Shown here piece after piece: positions 50,101 to 58,496 of a stretch of DNA of 64,000 nucleotides. Numbering within the stretch: position 1 is the first letter of the stretch; every line of letters begins with the position of its first letter. The stretch is from contig CANMLS010000005.1 of the NCBI GenBank assembly GCA_947498785.1, positions 150,951-214,950 on the forward strand. Reading direction: 5' to 3'. The notes beneath the pieces are model-generated. The model ran no database searches and was not told the origin of the DNA. It saw only the letters and a program-made list of their open reading frames with translations. A program made the translations under genes and the position numbers. The DNA comes from an uncultured Aquimarina sp. GTDB lineage: Bacteria; Bacteroidota; Bacteroidia; Flavobacteriales; Flavobacteriaceae.

Positions 50101-53100
50101 CACTTCGTAAATCGCTAGAAATTGAGATTGCAATAAAAGATGTTTTTGTGCATTCCACGATTTCCGAATTAAAAAATCATCTAGATACAAGGTCAACAGG
50201 GGTAACATTACCGCCTTTGGTTAAGCAAGATATAAAAGGAAGAGTTCCTTTATCATTTAGTCAAGAACGTCTATGGTTTTTGGATCAACGTCAAGGAAGT
50301 ATAGAGTATCATATTCCAATTACATTGAATATACAAGGAGATCTAGATCTTTTTATTATAGAAGCATCTCTAAAAGAAATAGTAACTCGTCATGAAATTT
50401 TAAGAACCGTAATCAAATCTGAAGAAGGGGTAGGGCATCAGGAAGTACTTCCTGTAGAAAGCTGGAAGATGAATATAATTGAAGAAGTATCATCTATAGA
50501 AGAATTAGAAAAAGTGTTGTCCATATTTATAAATAAACCTTTTGATTTATCAAAAGACTATATGTGTCGAGCATGTATAATCAAAAAAGGGGAACAAGAG
50601 TATGTTCTGACAGTAGTTTTTCATCATATTTCTAGTGATGGTTGGTCAGAAGATATTTTAATTAATGAGCTAATAGAACTATATACTTCAAAAAAAGAAA
50701 ATCGTAATTCTAATTTAAAGACACTATCGTTACAATACAGAGATTATGCGATATGGCAGCGTAAATATCTTGAAGGAGAAATTTTAGAAGAACAATTATC
50801 CTATTGGAGCAATCAATTAGAAAATATAGCTCCATTAAGCTTGCCTACAGATTATGCGCGACCTGCTGCACAAAGTAATTTGGGAGCGGGCTTTTCTTTT
50901 GAACTGGATAAAAACTTAAGAGAATCACTGGTTGAAATTTGTGAAGGTAAAGAGGTTACTTTGTTTATGATATTATTGTCAGCATTTAAAATTCTTTTAT
51001 ACAAATATAGTGGGCAAAAGGATATATGCGTGGGTACTCCGGTAGCCAACAGAACACAAGTAGAGTTAGAAGGAATCATCGGTTTTTTTATCAATACTCT
51101 GGCAATTCGTAGTAATTTGGAAGGGAATCCTACTTTTATAAAATTTCTTAAAGAAGTTAAGAGAACTACATTAGAAGCTTATGATCATCAATCTGTTCCT
51201 TATGAAAAAGTAGTCGATAGTGTGATAGAAACACGTGATTTGAGTATGAATCCTTTATTTCAGGTGATGTTTGTGTTACAAAACACTCCAGAAGAAGAGG
51301 TAATGGAATTGGAAGATCTAAATTTATTTCCATATCCATATACCAATACAACTTCTAAATTTGATATGAAACTTACTGCAGAAGATCATAAAGACGGTAT
51401 ATCATTATGGTTAGAGTATAGTACAGATTTATTTAAAGAAGATACAGTACGTCAAATAGCGGTTCATTATAGAAAATTATTAGAAAGTATTGTTCATAAT
51501 CCAAATGAACATATATCGACTTTGTCTATGATATCAAATGATGAAAAACATCAACTTTTAGAAGGATTTAACACGAATAAGATTACATATTCTTTGGATA
51601 AAACAATTTTAGATTTATTTAAAGAACAAGTTGTGAAAACCCCTGATGTTATAGCTATTGTTTATGAAGGAGAAGAAATAACATATAATGCATTAGACGA
51701 AAAATCTAATCAAATAGCTCATTGCTTGTGCAATTATGGCATAGGTAGAGAAACATTAGTCGGTATTTGCCTAGATCGTTCTTTGGATACGATATTAGGA
51801 ATTTTGGGCGTGCTAAAAGCCGGAGGTGCCTATGTGCCGATAGATTCAGAATATCCCGATAAACGTATAGCTTATATTATAGAGGATGCTGGAATAAAGC
51901 TGGTTATAAGTACTACGCGTCATAAGAGTATTTTAGAAAAAATAAAAAATATAGAAGTTATTGAGCTTGATAATGACTATGAACTTATAGATAAAGAATC
52001 AGTTCAACCACTTACGAATTCTATATCCTTAAATGACTTAGCCTATGTAATTTATACTTCGGGTTCGACAGGGCAACCTAAAGGAGTAATGATCGAACAT
52101 ATCAATATACTAGATTATTTTCAAGGATTAATACAGACATTGAAAATTACAACAGCTTGTCAATATGGTTTAATGTCCACGACCTCGGCAGATCTAGGAA
52201 ATACAGTTTTATTTGGTTCTTTATTAACAGGAGGGACTTTACATACTTTTACTAAAAATACATTAAGAGATGCAACAGTTATCAATGATTATTTTAAAAG
52301 TCATTCTATTGATTTTATCAAAATTGTACCTTCTCATTGGCTTTCTTTAGAAACCGATGAAGGAGTTTTACTTCCTAAAAAAGCAATTATATTCGGAGGA
52401 AGTATTTTGAGTGTTGAAGTGCTTCAAAAAATAAAGAAAACATCAAAAAATATAGACATAATTAATCATTATGGCCCTACAGAGACAACTATTGGTAAAC
52501 TAATGCACAAAGTAGATATTAATAAAAATTACCTTAGTATACCTATAGGAAAACCGTTTTCAGATACCAAAGTTTATGTGCTGGGACAATATCAAGAGTT
52601 AGTCCCAATAGGAGTTGTTGGAGAGTTATGTATAAGTGGAGCAGGGTTAGCAAGAGGATATCTGAATCAAGAACAATTAACAAATCAAAAGTTTATAGAT
52701 CATCCGTTTATTAAAGGAGAAAAACTATATAAAACAGGAGATCTTGCCCAGTGGCTTCTCGATGGTACTATTAATTTTATAGGAAGAAAAGATGATCAGG
52801 TAAAGATTCGCGGGTATCGTATAGAATTGGGAGAGATAGAAACTGTATTATCTAGAGAGTTAGGAGTAAAAGATAGTTGTGTTTTGGTAAGAGATGGGGT
52901 TGGTGGAGATAAACAATTAGTTGGATATGTAGTTTCTGAAAACGAATTTGATGAACAAGAAATACAAAACTCATTAAGGTCAAAACTACCCGAATATATG
53001 GTTCCTCAATTATGGGTAAGGTTAGATGAAATGCCTTTGACCAATAATGGTAAAATCGATAAAAAATCCTTGCCAGATAGAGAAACATCTCAATTTTCAA

Positions 53101-54230
53101 AAATAACATATGTAGCTCCAAGAAATGAAATAGAGAAGCAGTTTGCAACAATTTGGCAAAATGTATTAGAGGTGGATAAAGTTGGAATAAATGATGATTT
53201 TTTTAGTTTGGGAGGGCATTCTTTACTCGCTATGAAATTAGTGATTCAAATGAATAAAATATCTGATAAAAATATAAGTATTCTAGATATTTTTGAGCAC
53301 CCTTCTATTGCAAAATTAAGTAAAAAACTACCTTCAGAAAATAATTTTGAAGATCAGGTTCTTATTGCTCTAAATGAAAAAGGGGATAAAAGGCCTATAT
53401 TTTGTGCTCCTTCAGGAATCGGAAACGCTCTTCCTTTTTACAATTTATACGAACTTCTAGGAGAACAACAACCTTTTTATGCTTTTCAATGTCCTGGAAT
53501 AGATGGAGAAACCCCTATTTTACAAACTGTTGAACAGATAGCATCTACTTTTATTATAGAAATGCAAAAGATTGACCCTTATGGCCCGTATTGCATTGGA
53601 GGATACTCGTTTGGAGGAAAAATAGCACTCGAGATGGCATTACAACTAGAAAATAAGGGATATGAAGTTAGTGAGCTGTTAATTTTTGATTCTGCTGTCA
53701 TTAATTATCCTCCTGCTTCTATACTTATACCAGAAGAAAATCTTGAAGAATTATTATCCGAAATAATTAGCTTTATTAATCAGGAGTTTGACGTGAATAT
53801 TTTGTTATCTCATTCAATATTAGAAGGTTTATGTCAAAAAGACCAGATAGAAGCAGTATATAAATTAATTGAGGAATTAAAATCACCTTTTGAAATAAAA
53901 ATGAAGGGAAGAGTTCAGGTATATATTAATAATTGTACCTGCAGTTATTACCCAGAAACAAATACAAAGTTAGATACTCAGATTATTTTATTTAGAAGTC
54001 AAGATAAATTGGATATTGATCGTACTTCTCTCACAGAAGAAAGTAGAGAAATATTTGATAAAGTATTGCAGACAAAAGAATTTGGATGGCAAGAATATAC
54101 TAATAAAAAAATTAAAGTATTCTCAATAGAAGCTAGTCATACAGAAATACTATCTCTTCCGCATGTTATAGAGATTAGTCAAAACTTAAAAGAAAACTTA
54201 AATATAGGACAAGGGATACTTATTGATTAA
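46902..54230 (+). CDS. NRPS, two modules plus thioesterase: docking-C(DCL-like)-A(Val-like)-T-C-A(Asp)-T-TE (2442 aa)
   Basis: Uninterrupted 7.3 kb ORF. Confidence 0.95.
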   Translation: MKKIEDFISQLAIYGLFLNEKNEELTLKKHKNKSNVKFYDLKEDKLNIIDFLKNNKESLITFLKEENKKGEEVEKINDKIYKLSPLQEGMLFHSLYDEDAKAYIVQLAVDFPQGVNVVILKAAWDYVLKNHSILRSAFFYKELSIPVQRVYNKIELPFEELDYSMHSGIELEEKVNSFLETDSQSGFSFAEPPLLRVTLIKTGKISSKMVFTNHHILFDGWSVPIILEELFAAYESMFKELEPPVKKKDEYEDYIKYIDSKDIVEEEIFWKNYIKNLEDPCLLPFSKAGLSRNKAIGDFKEVLLSIDSRFTEELKNYAQQNRLTVNTLIQGVWSLLLSKYTNNSSIVYGVTVSGRPAELENSEQRVGLYINTLPLYSRVEGEMLIIDWLLELQSGHAACRDHQYTSLSKIQKLKGIQGDLFDSILVFENYPISKTLSEGENILEVNNVVVKEQANYLLNIAVNLGEELGINFSYNASLLKDSTVKMILNHFRCALQQIIDPSTSKISEINILTENEKDEILYVFNKTKIDYTQNKTIIDVFEEQVQKTPDKIAIKYKGKDLTYKELNHKSNCLANYLLSNYDIKAEDLLGVKLERSELLICALLSILKTGAAYVPIDFNYPKERILFIQNDTNCRVIIDEDFLKEYNKKTHDDTSPKQVIFSNHLAYVMYTSGSTGKPKGTMIEHKSIVSLTKSCDYIPLNSQTKWLSTGSVSFDATTIEFWGTLLSGGTLIITDKNTLLDSDQLKDVIRKEKVNTLWMTASWFHQTVEEDLSVFENIKYLIVGGDKVIFKYTNKLLSSYPNIKITNGYGPTENTTFSTTFPIEEKVNKDLPIGKPVKDCQAYVYDESLSFLQPVGVAGELCLGGAGLARGYLHQESLTNEKFIPNPIVEEERLYRTGDIVKWLPEGNIEFLGRKDDQIKIRGYRIELGEINNLIQEITEISQSLVIAKEDDNQNKQLIAYVVYKKPLDKEFIKEYLRSKLPSYMIPQLWVELDVMPLTNNGKINIKALPDPEMSHLAKDYVAPRNETEEKLAIIWQDLLRVSKVGVYDNFFDLGGHSLLATRLVSALRKSLEIEIAIKDVFVHSTISELKNHLDTRSTGVTLPPLVKQDIKGRVPLSFSQERLWFLDQRQGSIEYHIPITLNIQGDLDLFIIEASLKEIVTRHEILRTVIKSEEGVGHQEVLPVESWKMNIIEEVSSIEELEKVLSIFINKPFDLSKDYMCRACIIKKGEQEYVLTVVFHHISSDGWSEDILINELIELYTSKKENRNSNLKTLSLQYRDYAIWQRKYLEGEILEEQLSYWSNQLENIAPLSLPTDYARPAAQSNLGAGFSFELDKNLRESLVEICEGKEVTLFMILLSAFKILLYKYSGQKDICVGTPVANRTQVELEGIIGFFINTLAIRSNLEGNPTFIKFLKEVKRTTLEAYDHQSVPYEKVVDSVIETRDLSMNPLFQVMFVLQNTPEEEVMELEDLNLFPYPYTNTTSKFDMKLTAEDHKDGISLWLEYSTDLFKEDTVRQIAVHYRKLLESIVHNPNEHISTLSMISNDEKHQLLEGFNTNKITYSLDKTILDLFKEQVVKTPDVIAIVYEGEEITYNALDEKSNQIAHCLCNYGIGRETLVGICLDRSLDTILGILGVLKAGGAYVPIDSEYPDKRIAYIIEDAGIKLVISTTRHKSILEKIKNIEVIELDNDYELIDKESVQPLTNSISLNDLAYVIYTSGSTGQPKGVMIEHINILDYFQGLIQTLKITTACQYGLMSTTSADLGNTVLFGSLLTGGTLHTFTKNTLRDATVINDYFKSHSIDFIKIVPSHWLSLETDEGVLLPKKAIIFGGSILSVEVLQKIKKTSKNIDIINHYGPTETTIGKLMHKVDINKNYLSIPIGKPFSDTKVYVLGQYQELVPIGVVGELCISGAGLARGYLNQEQLTNQKFIDHPFIKGEKLYKTGDLAQWLLDGTINFIGRKDDQVKIRGYRIELGEIETVLSRELGVKDSCVLVRDGVGGDKQLVGYVVSENEFDEQEIQNSLRSKLPEYMVPQLWVRLDEMPLTNNGKIDKKSLPDRETSQFSKITYVAPRNEIEKQFATIWQNVLEVDKVGINDDFFSLGGHSLLAMKLVIQMNKISDKNISILDIFEHPSIAKLSKKLPSENNFEDQVLIALNEKGDKRPIFCAPSGIGNALPFYNLYELLGEQQPFYAFQCPGIDGETPILQTVEQIASTFIIEMQKIDPYGPYCIGGYSFGGKIALEMALQLENKGYEVSELLIFDSAVINYPPASILIPEENLEELLSEIISFINQEFDVNILLSHSILEGLCQKDQIEAVYKLIEELKSPFEIKMKGRVQVYINNCTCSYYPETNTKLDTQIILFRSQDKLDIDRTSLTEESREIFDKVLQTKEFGWQEYTNKKIKVFSIEASHTEILSLPHVIEISQNLKENLNIGQGILID
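47139..50180 (+). other. NRPS module 8: C (LSPLQEGMLFH type, follows the E domain) - A code DAIWIGGTFK (Val-like) - T
   Basis: YKLSPLQEGMLFHS, NHHILFDGWS, SFDATTIE, TLWMTASW, LIVGGDK, NGYGPTENTTFS, and T-domain Ser codon 50073-50075. Confidence 0.8.
50244..53330 (+). other. NRPS module 9: C-A-T, A code DLTKIGHIGK (Asp-like)
   Basis: PLSFSQERLWFLDQR, HHISSDGWS, STTSADLGNTVLF, IKIVPSHW, IIFGGS, NHYGPTETTIGK, and T-domain Ser codon 53220-53222. Confidence 0.8.
53380..54230 (+). other. Type I thioesterase (TE) release domain, Ser codon 53607-53609
   Basis: PIFCAPSGIGNALPFYNL and GGYSFGG (GxSxG), followed by an alpha/beta-hydrolase-length tail with a late His (EASHTEIL). Confidence 0.8.
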
Positions 54231-54240
54231 TCTATAAAAC

Positions 54241-54271
54241 ACCCCGAGTATCTGTCTCAAGGGTCTTTATT
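54241..54271 (+). terminator. Weak candidate hairpin + T-rich tract after the last NRPS gene
   Basis: ACCCCGAG tatctgt CTCAAGGGT (interrupted stem) followed by ctttattc. Weak, and possibly only an attenuator, because three more cluster genes follow. Confidence 0.25.
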
Positions 54272-54354
54272 CGTCTATAGTTTTAAAAAATCAAAATTTA
54301 TAGAATTCGAATAATTGAGTTTACTAGGATAAATCACTCATAAATAAAAAAATA

Positions 54355-55626
54355 ATGAAAAAATATTATGTCTATCTAGGACTATTAATGTTTTCAATAT
54401 TCGGAACAGATTTAACAGATTTTGCACTAAGTGTCTGGATACTGGATCAACCAGAAGGAAGTATTGGTTTGTATTCTATGGTTTGGTTTTTTGAAGCCGC
54501 TCCAGCCATTTTTTTAGCTCCGATTATAGGAGGCTTTGTAGATAGATGGAACAAAAAAAAGATGATCATTTATGGCCAGCTAATAGCAGGATGTGGAAGC
54601 TTGACATTAATGACATTATATTATCTGGAAGAATTACATCCTTGGCATATTATGATAGTTGCAGGAATTGGATCTATTGCCAGCATGTTTGTGTTTAATT
54701 CATTTTATATATCAACAACAGCTTTGGTTCCAAAAAACAGATTAATAAATGCACAAGGAATCTCTAGTACAATACATTCTATGATTCAAATGGGAGTTCC
54801 TATACTTGCTCCTGTTTTATACAAACTTATAGGGCTTAAAAATATATTTTTTATCGATGCAATAACCTTTTTTGTATCGGTATTGGCCTTTACAGTCTTA
54901 AGTTTTGTTGTGGTTACCCAGTCTAAAGAAAAATTTAGTTTGAAAAAGGATTTTATGGTAATAAAAGAGTTTTTCAAACAAAAAAGAGGATTCACATATT
55001 TGTTTTCTTTTTTCTTTTTTATAAATTTTTTAATTGGTCTTGTTACCGTTTTACTTACTCCTTTGATTCTAGATTTTTCAAATGAATATGTTTTGGGAAT
55101 TGTACTTACCGTAGTAGGTTCGGGAAGTCTAATTGGTGGAATTATCATGAGTAATAAAAAAGGATTTAAAAAACCAATCCAGATGGTTATTTGGGCCAAT
55201 ATTGTTGTAGGTCTTATCCTTTGTAGTTTTTTTATTCAGGTTAATCCATACATTTTGGGAATAGGAGGGATGCTGATATTGGCAATGTTCTCGATATCTG
55301 GTATTGCCAATGATACATTTTTTCAAACTGTGGTTCCAGTAGATTTGTTAGGTAGACTAACAGGAGTCGGAACTTTAATTATAGGAGGCGCTGCGCCTAT
55401 AGCGTTTCTTTTATCAGGATTTGTTGTCGATAAACTTAGTAATATATTTAAGAATTTATCCCCACAAATCTTGAGTCGTTTTCCAGGAACCAGTACCACA
55501 ACATCTATTGTAATCGTATTCGCAATATCAGGAGTATTGCTAACTATAATTTCATTAGTGTATAGAAAAAATAAATCACTACAAGATCTTGATAGATTGT
55601 ATTTTACAGAATTAAATAAACATTAA
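54355..55626 (+). CDS. MFS transporter (EntS/MFS_3-like), probable product exporter
   Basis: Multi-pass hydrophobic protein. It carries the loop motif PIIGGFVDRWNKKKMI (G-x-x-x-D-R-x-x-R/K-K) typical of MFS loop 2-3. Confidence 0.8.
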   Translation: MKKYYVYLGLLMFSIFGTDLTDFALSVWILDQPEGSIGLYSMVWFFEAAPAIFLAPIIGGFVDRWNKKKMIIYGQLIAGCGSLTLMTLYYLEELHPWHIMIVAGIGSIASMFVFNSFYISTTALVPKNRLINAQGISSTIHSMIQMGVPILAPVLYKLIGLKNIFFIDAITFFVSVLAFTVLSFVVVTQSKEKFSLKKDFMVIKEFFKQKRGFTYLFSFFFFINFLIGLVTVLLTPLILDFSNEYVLGIVLTVVGSGSLIGGIIMSNKKGFKKPIQMVIWANIVVGLILCSFFIQVNPYILGIGGMLILAMFSISGIANDTFFQTVVPVDLLGRLTGVGTLIIGGAAPIAFLLSGFVVDKLSNIFKNLSPQILSRFPGTSTTTSIVIVFAISGVLLTIISLVYRKNKSLQDLDRLYFTELNKH

Positions 55627-55640
55627 TAAGATAGTTTATA

Positions 55641-56408
55641 ATGAATAAGATTTTAAGAAATAAAATAAAAATCATAGCAATACCTTTTGCAGGAGGTAAC
55701 AAGTATAGTTTTAAAAATATACCAGAATTTTTATCAAAAGATTTTGAATGGATAACTGTAGAACTTCCAGGTAGAGGAGCTAGGTTTAAAGAGAGATTAT
55801 TGGATGATATTTCAACAATGACACAAGATATTTTTGATCAGATAAATAAGCATATAAAAAATGAACCCTACCTTATTTATGGGCATAGTATGGGAACCTT
55901 ATTAGGTTATGAATTAACCAAAATGTTGATTGAAAATAACAAACAATTACCAGTTTGTTTATTTTTTACAGGAAGAGGTGCTCCGGGAGTAGCTTCTAAA
56001 AAGAAAATATCCTCGTTGCCAGAAGATTTGTTTTGGAAAGAAGTCAATGAGATGGGCGGACTTCCTAATGAAATATTAGAACATCAAGATCTTTTATCTC
56101 TATACTACCCAATTCTAAAATCTGATTTCGGAGCTATAGAGAATTATACATACAATAGGATCAAAGAACCATTATCTGTGCCTTTATTTGTTTGCATGGG
56201 AAAAGATGAAGTAGGACAGGGAAAAGGCAAAGTTTCTTTGGATAAAATTAAAAAATGGAATGAAGAAACAGCGTTTCCCCAAACAATACAATTCTTAGAA
56301 GGAGATCATTTTTTCATATTTAAACACCCAAAAGCGATTGCTCAAAGAATCAGTAGTGCATGTGAATCTGTATTAAACTCCAATTACACATTAGAACTTC
56401 ACTATTAA
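55641..56408 (+). CDS. Type II (editing) thioesterase
   Basis: IIAIPFAGGNKYSF and GHSMG, with a C-terminal GDHFF. The 255 aa length is typical. Confidence 0.85.
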   Translation: MNKILRNKIKIIAIPFAGGNKYSFKNIPEFLSKDFEWITVELPGRGARFKERLLDDISTMTQDIFDQINKHIKNEPYLIYGHSMGTLLGYELTKMLIENNKQLPVCLFFTGRGAPGVASKKKISSLPEDLFWKEVNEMGGLPNEILEHQDLLSLYYPILKSDFGAIENYTYNRIKEPLSVPLFVCMGKDEVGQGKGKVSLDKIKKWNEETAFPQTIQFLEGDHFFIFKHPKAIAQRISSACESVLNSNYTLELHY

Positions 56409-56478
56409 GGGTAAAAAAACAACAGAATTGGTTAAGAGGTAGTCTAACATACAAACTAACCATGATTGAGAATATATA

Positions 56479-57225
56479 ATGAATAAAGGTAAATTATTAT
56501 TAGAAAGGAAGACTTCTTTTTTTTCTGCGGGATTTTGCATCTGTAATGAAGAGTTATCAAACTTGGAAAAGAAAATGATTGTATTACATCAGGAGGAAAA
56601 GATGTATTATGAAACATTGAAAAATAATAGGAGAAAAAAAAGCTATCTTTTAGGAAGAATTTCAGCAAAAGTAGCAATATCAGAAATACTTGTTGTAAAA
56701 GTACCTTTATCTTCTATATTAATACAGAGCGGGATATTTCAGTTTCCAGTTGTGAAAAACATACAAAATCAAAATATACAAATTAGTATAAGTCATTGTG
56801 ATACTTATGGAATTACCCTTGCTTTTCCCGAAGAACACCCTTTGGGGATAGATATCGAAAAAATCAATGAAGACAAAATCGATATTATGAAAGATTACCT
56901 TTGTGTTGAGGAATTTCAAAAAATAACTACTTGTTCTCTAAGTATGACCATTGGAAGTACACTCATTTGGACAGTTAAAGAAGGATTGTCAAAAATATTA
57001 AAAACAGGGTTGACCGTAGATTTTAAAATACTTGAAATTGATTCCTTAACAAAAAAAGGAGATGTATACATAAGTTATTTTAAATATTTTGGTCAGTATA
57101 AAGCGATATCATACCATATAGGAGATTACATATGTTCTATTGTATTGCCAAAGAATACTTCGCTTGATTTAAATCTATTTTGGAATATTTTACAAAAACA
57201 ATACCATAGAGTAATATCTTCATAA
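56479..57225 (+). CDS. Sfp-type 4'-phosphopantetheinyl transferase
   Basis: RRKKSYLLGRISAKVA, ISISHCD, GIDIEKI and WTVKEGLSKILK (W/F-x-x-K-E-x-x-x-K). Confidence 0.8.
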   Translation: MNKGKLLLERKTSFFSAGFCICNEELSNLEKKMIVLHQEEKMYYETLKNNRRKKSYLLGRISAKVAISEILVVKVPLSSILIQSGIFQFPVVKNIQNQNIQISISHCDTYGITLAFPEEHPLGIDIEKINEDKIDIMKDYLCVEEFQKITTCSLSMTIGSTLIWTVKEGLSKILKTGLTVDFKILEIDSLTKKGDVYISYFKYFGQYKAISYHIGDYICSIVLPKNTSLDLNLFWNILQKQYHRVISS

Positions 57226-57273
57226 ACTATAGTATGGAGGTTTATGAAGATATCACTGCGTAGTTGTTTATAG

Positions 57274-57669
57274 AAAAACGCTCAGTATTGCTTGAGTAAA
57301 AACCTTTTTAATGATATGTGCATGCGATCAAAATTTTTAATAAAGAAAGTTAATGAGACACTTCGAGAATTTGATTTAGAGATAGATATAGACCAAGATC
57401 ATGTTCGTTTTTTATTGTAATCAGTTCTTATGAAAGGTTCGAGGTAAATAATGAAGTTATTAAAAAAGATTACTACTAGAGAATAATTTTGGTTGTGTTC
57501 TGAATTCCAGAAGCAATTGCGGGGTGGTTCATTTTGACCAAGCAGATATTTTGTCAATATAAAAAGTAAGTTTGGAGATGAGAGTATAATTTCAAAGTAT
57601 GTAAGAGATCAAGGAATTAAGAAAGACTATAAAATGTTACATAAATCTAACCAATTGAAGTTATTCTGA
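57274..57669 (+). pseudogene. Decayed IS200/IS605-family tnpA (Y1/HUH transposase) remnant
   Basis: A single reading frame of 132 codons, interrupted by in-frame stops at 57418, 57445, 57484 and 57535. Recognisable blocks are ...DQDHVRFLL (HUH region, second His now Arg), IMKLLKKITTRE (cf. YLKGKSS), SF*PSRYFV (cf. W.RGYFV) and ESIISKYVRDQ (cf. ETI.KYI.NQ). Confidence 0.55.
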
Positions 57670-57869
57670 TACCTTGTATACAGATATCGAAATAGTTCAC
57701 ATTACTATGAACATAGGGAGGGTTAGTAATTTTGACCGCATTGAAGGTTATTAACCAAGAGGATTAATATATAAAATGCATCAAAAGGAACCCACCTCGT
57801 CATTGATGATTACGTCTTCAAATGTTAAAAATCATGGTAGCTAGTATTACTACGAATACCTTCTCATTT

Positions 57870-58496
57870 TTAATCAGCTAACTTATACCATTCATCGCAT
57901 ACTATTTTTATTTCTTTTTTTGCTTTTTCTAGGATATTATCAACTTGTAGCGGGTATACATTCATACCATATGCTGATATGTGTGTTGAAGGGATTCCTA
58001 TTATCGCGAAGCAGGATTTTAATAAGTCAGTTGCATAATTCGAGGATTTCTCTTGATCTATACCATGATCACTTCCTGTAGTCATTAGAACCAAGGCTTG
58101 TTTTTCTGTACAGAGACCTTGGTAACCTTTGTCTGTCAATAAAAAAGTCTTTCCTGATTGTATGATTGCATCAATCCAAGCTTTAACAGTAGCAGGTAAG
58201 GACAGGTTGAACATAGGATATGATAATATGATGAAGTCTGCATCTAAAACCTGTTGCATCATGGTATCATTTTTTTTCATCAATTCAGTTTCTTCAGATG
58301 ACAATGGAACTCCACCGAAATTTCTTTTCACATATAAGTTTAAATTTTTTTCTAGTAGAAGATCTGGGGCGTTTTTTGCTAAATCTAGGAAGTCAATTTT
58401 GGTTTTTTGTTTATACGTTTCTAAGAAAAAATCAGTAAGCTTTTTTGTATTAGATTCAATCCTAGGAGTGTAGCTCACGACAAGTGTTTTTTTCAT
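57870..58496 (-). CDS. FMN-dependent NAD(P)H azoreductase/quinone reductase-like flavodoxin-fold protein
   Basis: MKKTLVVSYTPR...SNTKKL; ADFIILSYPMFNLSLPATVKAWIDAIIQSGKTF matches the AzoR PMYNF.IP..LK.YID motif. Confidence 0.7.
   Translation of the reverse strand: MKKTLVVSYTPRIESNTKKLTDFFLETYKQKTKIDFLDLAKNAPDLLLEKNLNLYVKRNFGGVPLSSEETELMKKNDTMMQQVLDADFIILSYPMFNLSLPATVKAWIDAIIQSGKTFLLTDKGYQGLCTEKQALVLMTTGSDHGIDQEKSSNYATDLLKSCFAIIGIPSTHISAYGMNVYPLQVDNILEKAKKEIKIVCDEWYKLAD

Noticed and set aside
26389-51550. Possibility that the PLSFSQERLWF-type C domains are dual epimerisation/condensation domains, which would add hidden D-residues
   Set aside because: The extra N-terminal HH(I/L)xxxxGD motif characteristic of dual E/C domains is absent; the region reads (E/A)YH(I/M)P......(L/I).G(D/N), i.e. 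the ordinary C1-C2 spacing. A dedicated E domain exists where epimerisation is expected. This still needs a proper C-domain phylogeny.
18371-53151. About twenty 60-140 aa minus-strand ORFs in the track that lie inside the four megasynthase genes (e.g. 18371-18562, 20791-20973, 25552-25848, 30084-30341, 35362-35601, 38835-39093, 40987-41229, 49897-50208, 52852-53151)
   Set aside because: All lie fully antisense to long ORFs with unmistakable NRPS/PKS motifs. They have low-complexity AT-driven compositions and no motifs, so they are almost certainly spurious.
16230-54230. Strong periodicity of ~3.1-3.3 kb repeats across 38 kb, which could be mistaken for a repeat array or CRISPR-like structure
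   Set aside because: The periodicity is fully explained by paralogous C-A-T modules. The repeats are protein-coding, diverged and much longer than CRISPR units. No short repeat-spacer array is present anywhere in the window.
54786-58473. ORFs 54786-55199 and 55129-55326 (antisense to the MFS gene), 56456-56677 and 56719-56919 (antisense to the PPTase gene), and 58129-58473 (antisense to the azoreductase-like gene)
   Set aside because: They lie antisense to genes with good family motifs, and no motifs of their own were found.
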